Assembly: GCA_014905635.1 (NCBI GenBank)
Contig: JABVCE010000002.1
Location: forward strand, 1,860,001-1,924,000
Reading direction: 5' to 3'
Source of the DNA: Scenedesmus sp. PABB004
Taxonomy: Eukaryota
DNA: 64,000 bases
The notes beneath the pieces were generated by a model. The model did not search any database. It was given only the letters and a program-made list of their open reading frames with translations, and was not told the DNA's origin. The translations under genes were made by a program, and so were the position numbers. This document shows, piece after piece, positions 24,452 to 35,329 of the stretch; within the stretch, counting starts at the first letter, position 1; every line of letters begins with the position of its first letter.

Positions 24452-25794
24452 TCAGCCGCCGCCGCGCAGCCGCGCGAGCACGCGCAGGCCGGCGCCCGCG
24501 TCTGTGCTGAACAGCGGCACCGCCGCGATGGCCAGCACCAGCACCACCATTGCCGCCGTCAGCAGCCCGCTCGCGCCGGCGCCGCCGCCGCCCGCTCGCG
24601 CCGCGCCGGCGCCGGCGGCCCCCTGCTGCTGCTGCGGCGGCGGCGGCTGCAGCCCCTGCTGCGCCGCGCCGCCCGGCTGCGCCGCCGCCGCGGCCGGCCG
24701 CTCGCGCGCCTGCTGCTCCGCGCCGCCGCCCGGCTGCGCAGCGGCCGCGGCGGCGGCGGCCGCGCGCGCCGCGTGCGCGGCGAGCAGGTCTGGGAAGAGC
24801 TTTCTGAAGGTCGCGTTGCGCGCGTTGAAGGCCAGCGACTCGGCCGCGAGGCGCCGCCGCTCGGCGGGCGACGAGGTGATGCTGCCCGTCGTGGGCGCGC
24901 TGTCATACAGGAAGGACAGCAGGCCGGTCAGGATCTGCGCGCGCGCGTGGGCCGTGCGGGCCGTGTGGGCGAGCGCGGGTGAGCGCGGGCAGAGGGCAAC
25001 GGCGCGCCACACGGCGGCGCGCGCGTGCACAGAGACGGGCGGGCGGCGGGCGCCGCACCGTGCCGACGCTCCACATGGGGTTCCAGGACTCTGGGTGATA
25101 GTCTGCGGGGCGCGGCGGTGCGCAGACGCCGCGCTCGGCGCCGAGCGCAGCGCCTGCGTGGCCCCGGCGCTCGCGCGGGGCCGGGGGCGGCGCGGCAGCG
25201 GCGGTCACCCGTGATGGAGAGGCAGAGCTTGGTGTTGACCGCGAAGCGGCCGTTTGGCGTCATGATGGCGATGCTCGGCGGCTTGAACGGGTACTGGTGG
25301 GCGGCAGCGGGCGGGGAGGGAGCGGGAGGGAGTGGGGTGGTGGGAGAGACAGGGGTGGTGCGACGGCGGCGCGGGTGCGTGCTGCGGAGCGGGGCGGCGC
25401 CGCGCGTCGCGCGCTGCACCTGCGGCGGGAAGGAGATGCGGCCGTGGTAGTAGCCGCCCTCAAAGTCGGTGCCGGGCGCGCCCTCGAGCACAAAGTGCCT
25501 GCGCGGCGCGGGAGGGCCGGGCGCGCGTGGGGCGGCGCGGCGGCCGCGGGAGAAAGAGCGAGAGCGCGTGGGGCGGCGCGGCGCGCACCACTCCAGCATG
25601 TTGCTGGGCGACGGGTGCGCCTGGATGTGCGGCACGGGCTCCTGCGGGCGGGCCACGCGGCAGCAGCGGCGGTGACTGAGGCGCCGCAGCGGCGAAGGCT
25701 GCGGCGCGCTGAAGGCTGCGCATGCGCGACCGCACACCCGCATGAGCGACTTGTACTCCTTGGCCAGGCGCGTGAGGCAGCCCTTTTGCGCCAT
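24452..25794 (-). CDS. UBC6: Tail-anchored ubiquitin-conjugating enzyme E2 of the Ubc6/UBE2J2 type
   Basis: MAQKGCLTRLAKEYK, GGYYHGRISFPPQYPFKPPSI, TPNGRF, KLCLSITDYHPESWNPMWSVGTILTGLLSF and a C-terminal TM helix. Confidence 0.93.
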
Positions 25795-26258
25795 GGCGTG
25801 GTGGCGCGGCCGAGGCGCGCCGTCGAGCAGCGGCAGATGCGGCGACCGGCGCGTGCTGCTGCCGCGCCTCGAGCGCGGCTTGCTGAGGCCCGGTGTTGCT
25901 CGGGGTGCAGGGCCGGCGCAGCGGGGCCGGGGCGGCGCGGCGGCGAGCTACGGCAGCGGGCGAGCTGCGGCGGCGCCGCTTGCGCAGCAGCGTCGGCGAG
26001 CGCAGCGTCGTCGTCGCGGGAGCCCGCTGGCGCTGCGGGCGGACGGCAGGTGCGTGTTGTGGTCGGTGGGCGCAAGGGAGGACGGCACACAGGCGGTGGC
26101 CGGGCGCGAGGGCCCTGCAAAGACCGCGACCTGCTGCCCGCTCGCCCTGCTCGGCGCGCACAGCGCATCCGCGCTCAGAGCAGGGCCTAACGCACACAGC
26201 ACGAGCCGCGTCCCAGGCCGGCGGCGCGCTCGGCGGCGGCAGCAGCGCGCACCGCGAG

Positions 26259-28445
26259 ATGGGCCGCCCCAAGCGCCGGGTGCGGCGCCTGCGCCCGCGC
26301 GCGCCCGCGCGCGCCCGGCGCGCCGCCGCGTCCGGCGCGCCGACTGACCGCCGCCCCGCAGGCCGAGGAGGCGGAGCCGGCGGAGCCGGCAGCAGCGGCG
26401 CCGGCGGCGCGGCGGCCGCGGCGCGGCGCGGGCGCGGCGGCCGCCGAGCAGGCGGCCGCCGAGGCCCCTCAGGCCGCAGGTCGCGGCCGTGGGCGCGCGC
26501 GGGGCGCTGCCGCGGCCGAGCCGGAGCAGCAGCAGGCGCAGCCGCCGCGCCGCCGCGCCGCCGCGGGCGCCCGCGGCCGGCGGCAGCAGCAGCAGGAGCA
26601 GCAGCTGGTGCAGGAGGAGGACGCCGACATGCAGGAAGAGGAGGAGGAGCAGCAGCAGCAGGCCGGCGGCGCGCTGGACGACTTCCGACAGGAGGACCCC
26701 GACCTCGCCGCCGCGGTCGAGGCGCTGTCGGCGGCCGCGGCCGACCCGCTTGCATTCCTGCAGCCCAACCCCGGGGTCGCGCAGGCCACGCGCGCGGCGG
26801 CCAAGGTGCGCCACGCCGCGCTGCAGGCCCGCCCGCCCGCCCCGCGCGCGCGCCGGCGCGTGCGCGGCCGCTCTGGCGGCAGCGCTGACCGCGCGCCGTC
26901 CGCCGCCTCGCGACGCGCGCGCGCAGGCCCTCCTCGCATACACCGCGACGCGCAGCGCTGCGGCGCGGGCGCAGGCGGCGGCGCAGGCGGGCGAGGGGCA
27001 GGCGGGCGAGGAGGAGCAGGAGCCGGGGGAGCAGCAGCAGCAGCAGCAGCCGGGCGGCGCCGAGCCGCCGCCCGAGCTGCACGTCGGCGAGGGCTTTGAC
27101 AGCGAGCAGGTGTGGCTGCAGCTGGACCTGCAGCTCGCGCCGCTGCGGCGGCGCCTGCGGCGGCTGGTGGGGCAGCTGGAGGCGGGCGGGCGCGGCGCGG
27201 CGTCGATCGTGTCGCCCGAGGTGGAGGCCGGCATCGCCGCCGTGCTGGGCGACGCGCCGAGCGGCAGCGACGGCGGCGGCGGCAGCGACGACGGCGGCGA
27301 CGAGCGCGCTGACGGCAGCGGCAGCGGCGACGAGGAGGGAGGCGACGAGGAGGGCGGGCCGCGCGGCACGGCGCGGCCGGCCGCCAAGAAGGCCAAGCTC
27401 CTGCCGGTGGAGGACAGGTGGGCGCAGCGCGGCGCGGCGCGGCGCCACGTGCGCGCACGCCACTCGGCCCTGGCCCCGACCACGCCCGCCGGCCGGCCGC
27501 CAGGTTCTTCAAGCTGGATGAGATGGAGGCCTTTGTTGCCCAGGCGGAGCGCGAGGCCGCGGCCGGCAGCGACGACAACGACGGCGACGGCGACGACGAC
27601 GCAGACCTGCCCAGCGACGGCGACGGCGACGGCGCGCGGCGCGGCGGGGGCGGCGCCGGCTCGGAGCTCGGCTCGGACGGCGACGGCGACGCGGAGCTCG
27701 CCAACCTGCTCGCCGCGAGCGCGGCGGCGGTCGGCCGGCCCGCGCCGCGCGCCGTGCCGGCGTCCGGCCGGCGGCGGCGCGGCGGCGGCGGCGCGGCGGG
27801 CAGCGAGAGCGAGGAGGAGGAGGAGGACGACGGCGTGGACCCGGCCAGCATCATGTACGCTGACTTTTTTGGGGCCGAGCCAGGCCTCCCCAAGCCCAAG
27901 GCCAAGGCCGCAGCCGCGGCCGGCGGCGGCGGCGGCGGCGGCAGCAGCGACGAGGACGGGCTGGAGGGCGCGCTCGGCCGCGCCGGCAGCGGCAGCGACG
28001 CCGACAGCGACGGCGACGCCGACATGGGCGAGCCGTCGGGCAGCGGCGACGGCTGGGACGACGCCGGTGACGGCGGCGACGGCGACAGCGGCGGCTTTGA
28101 CGATGAGGACGACGAGATGGGCATCGCCGGCCTCTTCCGGCGCGCCGCCGAGGCAGCCGAGGCGGCCGAGGCCGCGGCCGGCGGCGGCGGCGGCCGCGCC
28201 GGCGGCGCCGGCCGGCGCAAGGCCGTGCGCTGGGAGGACGGCGGCGCCAGCGACGGCAGCGACGGCGACGACGACGGGCGCGGCGAGCAGGAGCAGCTGT
28301 CGACGCACGAGCGGCGGCTGCAGCGCATCCAGGTGCGGCCGGCCGGCGCGCGCCGCGCGCGTGCGCGCCCGCCGCTGCCGCGGCAGCGCCGCCGGCGCCG
28401 GGGCTGACCCGCCGCCTCCGCCGCCGCCGCCGCCGCCGCCGCGGA

Positions 28446-28523
<78 letters not shown>

Positions 28524-29902
28524 TGTGCAGGAGCGCATCGCTGAGCTCGAGGCCGCGGCGATGTCGGACAAGCCGTGGCAGCTGAGCGGCGAGGCCGGCG
28601 CGGCGGGGCGGCCGCTGAACAGCGCGCTGGAGCTGGACCTGGAGTACGAGAACACGCAGCGCCCGCCGCCCGCGCCGACGGAGGAGAGCACGCAGGGGCT
28701 GGAAGACATCATCCGCCGCCGCATCGCCGAGGCCAGGTGGGCGGGCGCGCCCCGCCCGCGGGCAGGCGCAGCCAGCCGGCGGCCCGTGCGGCGGGGGCCG
28801 CGGGCGGCGGCGGCGTCGCGCGCAGCTGCCGGCCGGGCTGGGCGAGCCCGCGCGGCGCACGGCGCGTGGCGCCGTGCAGGTGGGACGACGTGGTGCGCGT
28901 GGTGCCGCCGCCGGTGGAGAAGAAGAAGCGCACGCTGGAGGAGTTGGACGACACCAAGGCCTCCCAGGCGCGCGAGCGGTGGCGGCGCTGGCGCCGCGTT
29001 CTCTCTCTTTCTCTCTCTCTCGCGCGCGTGCGCCTGCCACCCGCAGCGCCGCCGAGCCCGCCGCGCCGCCGCCGCGCCGCAGGGCCTGGGCGAGCTGTAC
29101 GAGTCCGAGTACGTTGCCAAGGTCAGCGGCGCGGCCGCGCCCGACAAGGCCGAGCCGCTGCGCCGCCAGGCGGCGGCGCTGTTCAAGGCGCTGTGCGCCA
29201 AGCTCGACGCGCTCTCCAGCTTTGCCTACACGCCCAAGCCCGTGGTGGAGGAGCTGGAGGTGCGCTCCGACGTCGCGGCGCTCAGCATGGAGGAGGTCGC
29301 GCCGCTCGCGGTCAGCGACGCCGCGATGCGCACGCCGGGCGAGGTCTTCGCGGCCGAGGCAAAGGGCGAGGCGCGCGCCGAGGGGGAGCTCACACGGTGC
29401 GGCGCGGCGCGGCGCGGCGGGGAGGAGGGCGCTGCGCTGCGCCGCGCGCAGGGCAGGGCGCGCGGCGCGCCGTTGCCCCTGGGCCGGCGCACCGCCTGGC
29501 CTGACGACGCCGCCGCGCTTCCGCGCCCCGCGCCCCCGCAGCGAGGACCGGCGGCGCCGCCGCGCCAAGAAGAAGCGCGCGCACAAGGCCAAGGAGGCGG
29601 GCCGCGCCGCCGACGCCGCCGCGCGCGCCGCCGCGGAGGGGCGGCCCGCGCCGCTCGTCGGCCGCAAGTCGCTGTCCGCGCAGCTCGCGGCCGCGACGAG
29701 CGCGGGGCTGGTCAAGAAGGGCGTCGCCGCCGCCGGGCCCAAGGCCGACTACGGCAAGTCGACCGCCGTCTTCGGCAAGCTCGCCGAGGCCGCGGCCGCG
29801 GGCGCCGCCGGCGCCAAGGAGGGCAAGGCCAAGAAGAAGGGCGGCGGCGGCAAGGGCGGCGGCGAGGGCGGCGCCCGCAGCGCGGCGGCGCTCAAGCTGT
29901 GA
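26259..29902 (+). CDS. MPP10: U3 snoRNP protein MPP10
   Basis: GFDSEQVWLQL, FFKLDEMEAF, acidic middle, LSTHERR, KPWQLSGEA...RPLNSALE, LEDIIRRRI..WDDVVR, GLGELYE, LDALSSF, SMEEVAP and C-terminal SAAALKL*. Confidence 0.93.
28409..28522. repeat. Long (GCC)n trinucleotide tract inside an MPP10 intron
   Basis: Near-pure GCC run between the branch point CTGAC and the acceptor TGCAG. Confidence 0.9.
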
Positions 29903-30239
29903 GAGCGAGGACGGCTCTGCAACGCCCGACCGCTCGGCCGCCCGACCGCTCGGGCAGCCCCTGCCTGGCGTCGCGCGCTCTCCGGCCACCGGCACACGCT
30001 CGTGGCAGCTCGCCACCCCAGCGCACCGCAGCCCGCACACCGCGCCGCAGCAGGCGTGCTCGCTGGCGCGCCGGCGCCAGCCCCGCCCCAGGCGCGGCCC
30101 GGGAGGCCGTGGCGCTGCGGATCCAGGCAGTTGGACCTTGCCTGGAGCTGTTACGCAGCAGGGCGCGCCCTGCAGAGGTCGGCGCAGGGCAGGGCGCGGC
30201 GGCAGCAGCGCGCGGCTCGCCGGCAGCACGCGGCGCGCG

Positions 30240-32033
30240 ATGAGCGCCGAGGCGCTGGAGGCGGTCACGGAGGTGGTGGAGCGGCACACGCCGCCGCAGC
30301 TGCTCGCCCGCAAGGCGGCGGAGTTGGCGGCGCTCCGGCCGCGCGGGCGTGCGGCGCTGTGGCTCTGCCGCCTGCTCGCGGTGCCCGTCGTCGCGAGCTG
30401 GGCGGTCCAGGTGGCCTTGCAGTACGTCTGGAGGTGAGCGCACCCCAGCGCAGCAGGCGGCAGCCGCAGCCGCAGCGACGGCGCGGCGCCCGACCCGCGC
30501 CCGCGCCCGCCGTGCAGGCCCTGGGCGCTGCTGCGCTGCGACGCGGGCGCCTTCAAGCTCACGCCGCCCTTCCCGCTGGCCGAGGAGTTCATCGAGGTCA
30601 ACGGCGTGCGGTGCGGCCAGCGAGGGGCGGCTGCCAGGCCTGCCAGGGCTGCTGGGGCTGCTGCGCGCGTCGAGCGGTGCACAGACTGCAGGCGTGGCCG
30701 CCGCCGCGCGGCCGCAGGCTGTACGCCGTGTCGCCGGGGCGGCGGCGCAACAAGCCGCTGTTGTTGTTCCTGCACGGCTTCCCCGAGTGCTGGTGCGGCG
30801 CGCGGCGCGCGGCGCTCGGCGCTCGGCGCGGCGCTCGGCGCGCAGCCGCGCGGCCAGCCACGCCGCCGCACCGCGCCGCTGCGGCGTGTGCCCTGTTCCC
30901 AGGTTCAGCTGGCGGCACCAGATGGCCTTCTTCAAAGACGACTACGACTGCGTCGCGCTCGATATGCGCGGCTACGCGCGCAGCGACAAGCCCGAGGCGC
31001 GGCCGCGTGCGCCGCGCGCGCCGCGCGGCAGCGGCGCAGGCGCCCGGCGCCCGCGCCGACGGCCCCGCCCCCGCGCGTGCCCGCCCCATCGCGCAGGGCA
31101 TCGACTCGTACCGGCTGGACGTGCTCGTCGAGGACGTGCGCGCGGCGGTCGGCGCGCTCGGGCACAGCCGCTGCACGCTCGTCGCGCACGACTGGGGCGG
31201 CCTCATCGCGTGGGCGGTTGCGGGCATGCATGGGAGTACGCTGCTCGACGCGCTCGTGGTCGCCGGGCACCCCCACTATGGCGTCGCGCTCACAAACTAC
31301 ACTCCCCTGCAGTACCTGCGCCAAACCTACGTGCTTCTGTTCCAGGCGGGGCGGGGCGCGGCAGGGAGTCGGCGGGAGGCAGGGGAGCGGCGGGGCGGGG
31401 CGGGCAGGGCGGCGGCCGACGCGCACGGCGGCCCTACAAAACGCCCGCCGGCGCCGGCGCCGGCCCCGCCCCGCCCCGCAGGCGCGCGGCCTGGCCGAGC
31501 TCTTCCTGACCGCCGACAACGGCGCGGTCCTGGTCCCCGCCTTTCTCGGCGGCCCGCCGGCGGGCCTGGTCAACCGCGGCGCAACGACCGAGCCCGACGT
31601 CGCGTGGTTCCGCGCGGCGCTGTGCGCGCCCGGCGGCGCGCGGGCGATGCTCAACTATTACCGGGCGCTTCTGGAGTTGGTGACGGTCGGCGACGCCGAC
31701 GGCCCCACGTGGCGGTGCGGCGGCGGCGGCGGCCGTGGCGGCGGCCCGCGCGCGGCGCGGCGCGGCGCGGCCCGACTGGCGCGCGCGCCGGCGCCCGCCG
31801 CGCGCGCAGGGCGCTCAAGCGAACGATCGAGGTCCCCGTGCTGGTGCTGCACGGCGAGCGCGACCACGCGCTCGGGGAGGAGCTCCTGGATGGCACGGAG
31901 GCGGCGGCGCCCAAGGCGCGCGGGACGGGCGCCGGCGCCGGGGCCGGGGGCCGGGCGGCGCTCGCTGGAGCAGCGAGCGCCCCGCGCGGGGCGCCCGCGG
32001 TCGCGCCGGGGCGAGGCCCGCAAAGACGCCGCC

Positions 32034-32067
<34 letters not shown>

Positions 32068-32186
32068 AGGCGAGCGTGCGGGTGCTCAAGCGCTGCAGCC
32101 ACTGGGTACAGCAGGACTACCCCCACCAGGTCAGCGCCATCATGGCCGAGTGGCTGCGGGAGCAGCAGGCGCCGGCGGCGCGGTGA
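30240..32186 (+). CDS. Alpha/beta-fold epoxide hydrolase-like protein (EPHX3/4 type)
   Basis: LFLHGFPECWFSWRHQ, ALDMRGYARSDKP, nucleophile AHDWGG, MLNYYRA, LHGERDHAL and SHWVQQD; N-terminal hydrophobic segment. Confidence 0.9.
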
Positions 32187-32195
32187 GGCCGCGTG

Positions 32196-32922
32196 CCGGC
32201 CGCGTGCTGGCCGGGCCCTGGCGAGTGGCGTGGCGGCTGCCCAAGCTGTCGGGCGCGCTCCTCCTGGGCAGCTGCGGTCGCGCGAGGCTGCTGGCCGGGC
32301 AGCGGTGCCTGGGCTGAGACCTGGGCCCCCGGCGGGGCGGGAGCGCTCAAGCGGGGACGGACCTCCTGCCTGCCTGCCTGCCGCGCACCAGCTCTGTGTC
32401 GGCCAGAGCGGCGAGGCGCGTGCGGCGCGGCCGCGGCGGCCGCGGCGGGAGGGCAGCGTGGCAACCGCGCGCCCCCCTGTTCCGGCGACCGCCGTGACCT
32501 GGCAGCGCACGCGCGCACGCGGGGAGCAGGCGCGTCACACAGCGCACGTTCACGCGGCGCCAAGAGCCGCCGCTGCCGATCGCCGCGCCCCAGCCTAGGC
32601 CGAGGCTGCCGCGCGCCCCGTGCCGTGCGACTCCACAACGCACGCGCGCCCCCGCGCCGGCGCCCGAGGCCGCCAGCCCAGCAGGGCAGTCACCCGGGGG
32701 TGCTGCTGCAGCACTCCTGCGGGCCACGCTGGGGTGCCGCGCGACCGCCAGGCAGTCGCCGACGCGCCAGGGCAGCTCAGCCGACGGCCGCCGCAGCACC
32801 GCCCGGCGCAGCGAGTCGCCGCCGCCGCTCCCTGCCTGCACCGGCAGAGCAAGGGGGGTCAGGGGGGGGATGCCAAAACCCCGATTCGTGCGCCGTGAAG
32901 ACGAAAAATGCAAACTGACCCG
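32196..32922 (+). repeat. ~730-bp dispersed repeat, copy 1 (inverted relative to 47018-47772)
   Basis: Long near-identical blocks with the reverse complement of 47018-47772, e.g. CCCTGGCGAGTGGCGTGGCGGCTGCCCAAGCTGTC and GATGCCAAAACCCCGAT. Confidence 0.9.
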
Positions 32923-32933
32923 GCCCTCCGCGC

Positions 32934-35249
32934 TCAGGCCACGCCGCCGCCGTCCAGGCTGCGCAGCACCCAGGCGTCGCTCACGGCCGCGGCCGCGTGG
33001 CGCAGCCGCCGCGACACGGCCGCGGCGGCGGGCCCCGTCGCATACTCCATTGCGCCGGCGAGGCCGTCCTCCGGCGCCAGCTCGTCCAGGCCCTCCAGCA
33101 GCGCCGCCGGCAGCGCGGGCCCGCCCGGCCGCACGGCCAGGAGCAGCGCGTCGCGCAGCACGGCCTCGCGCTTGCGCGCGGCCGCGAGCGCCGCGTCCAG
33201 CCCGCGCGCCGCGCCGGGCGGCAGCTCCAGCTCCATGGCTGCGGCCGCGAGCGGCAGCGCCTCCAGCACCTCTGACGCCGCGCCGCCGCGCGCGGCGTAC
33301 GCCGCCGCCAGCAGCGCCTGCGCGGCGCCCCGTGCGCCGGCGAGCTGCGCCTCGGCGCCCGCGCCGCCGCCGGCCTCGAGCGCGTCCAGCACATACACGG
33401 CAAGCTCCTGGCACGCGGGCAGCAGCTGCAGCGCACTGTGGCTGGTCAGCCTCCCCGCGCGCGCGGCGCCCACGGCCGCGTCCAGCAGGGCGGCGAGCAG
33501 GCCGATGTCGGTCGCCGGCAGCGGCTCCAGCGCAACAACGTAGAGCACGCCCAGGGCCTCGGCGGGCACCGGGGCCCGTGCGCCCGGCGCCGCCGCGCCC
33601 GCGTCGCCGCCGCGCGGCGGCGGCAGCAGCCCGCCTGCCGCGGCCAGCAGCTGCACCTGCCAGGCGGCGAGCACGGCGTCCGACTCGCCGTCGTCGTCCT
33701 CGGCGGGCGGCAGCACCGCGGTGAGGTACGAGGCCAGCCGCAGCAGCGCGGGGCCGTCGGCGTCGGGCAGCACCTCGGCAGCCTGCGCCGCGACGGCCGC
33801 GCGCCACACCGCGCCCGGCGCGTGCTGCCACACGCCCAGGCAGAAGCAGAGCACCGACAGGCTCTCCGCGTCCCACCACGCGGCGCCGGCGCCGGCCGGG
33901 CGCGCGCCGGCCGCGGCCACGACCGCGTGCTGCGCCGCCGCCGCCACGGCCGCGACAAAGCCGTCCGCCGGCTGCACGCCCAGCCGCCAGAGGCAGTGGC
34001 AGATGCCAGCGACCGTGGCCGGCGCCGCGGCGCCGAGCCGGCCCGGCGGCGCGAGCCCGCGCAGCGCGGCGTCCAGCCAGCCGCTCGGCGGCAGCACGCG
34101 CCACGTGGCGCACGCCCACAGCACCTGCAGCACCTCGCGCGGCGCCATGGCGTCGGCCGCCGCCTCGGCGAGGCCGAACCAGTGCGCCAGCAGCTCGGGG
34201 CCCGGCCGGATGCGCAGGCAGGCCAGCAGGCGCATGCCCGACGCCACGTCGCGCGGCGCCAGCTGCATGCGCCGGTCGCGCTCCAGCGGCGACCGCGCGC
34301 GCTCCGGCAGCAGGTGCTGCAGCAGCGCCGCGGTGAGGCGCGGCCCGGGCAGCTGCCCCGCGAGCGCGGCGGCGGCCAGCAGCTCCAGGCAGCTGCGCCC
34401 GGACAGCGTGTCCAGCAGCGCGTCGGCGGCGGCGAAAAGGGCCGACATGAACGCCGCGCCGGGCGCGTCCAGGCCCAGCGCCTGCAGCGCCTGGAGCGCC
34501 GACAGCAGCGCGCTCCCGTGCGGCAGCAGCAGCAGGCGCGGCTGCAGCGCCGCCGCCACGGCTGCCAGCCAGTCGCGCGGCACGGCGCCGCCGCCGGCGG
34601 CGGCCCCCGCCGCGCGCCGGGCGGCCGTCCAGCAGGGCGGCGCTGCTGCTGAAGAGCGCCGCGCCGACCGGCAGCGGGCCGGGCGCGGCGGCGGCGCCGC
34701 CGTCGGCGGCGCGCGCGAGGCACTGCACGTCCTTGAGCAGCTGCACCAGCCGCTCCGGCGACTGCCGCGCGAGCTGCTCGGGCCCGAGCGCCGCCGTCGC
34801 CTCGCGCAGCAGGCCCCGCAGCGCCGTGCTGCCCGGCCGCTGCCCGCCCGGCACGGCCGCCAGGGCGGAGAGCAGGCGCAGCAGCAGGGCGTCGGGGGCT
34901 GGCGCGTCGGGCTGTGCGTCGGCCAGCGCGCGGGCTGCCGCGCCCGCCGCCGCCGCGAGCTGCTGTGCCGGCAGGCTGACCCGGTGGGTGAGGCAGGCGT
35001 CGGCGAACAGCAGCAGGTCGGGCCCCGCCAGCCCGGCCGCCTGCGCCTGCGCCGGCAGCAGCAGCTGCAGCGCCTGCCGCTGCGTGAGCTGGACGCCGGG
35101 GCTGCGCAGCTGCTCCAGCACCGCCGCGATGGGCACGGCTGGCGCCTGCTGCTCAGACCGCACCTCCTCCTGCTGCTGCACCTGCTCCTGCTGCTGCACC
35201 TGCTCCTGCTGCAGTTGCTCCTGCTGCTGCTGCTGCACTTGCCCTTCCG

Positions 35250-35329
<80 letters not shown>

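Noticed and set aside
21731..25794. Nucleotidyltransferase next to an E2 enzyme, reminiscent of CBASS CD-NTase plus Cap2
   Set aside because: The E2 is an ordinary tail-anchored Ubc6-type ERAD enzyme on the opposite strand in a eukaryotic genome, so adjacency is probably coincidental.
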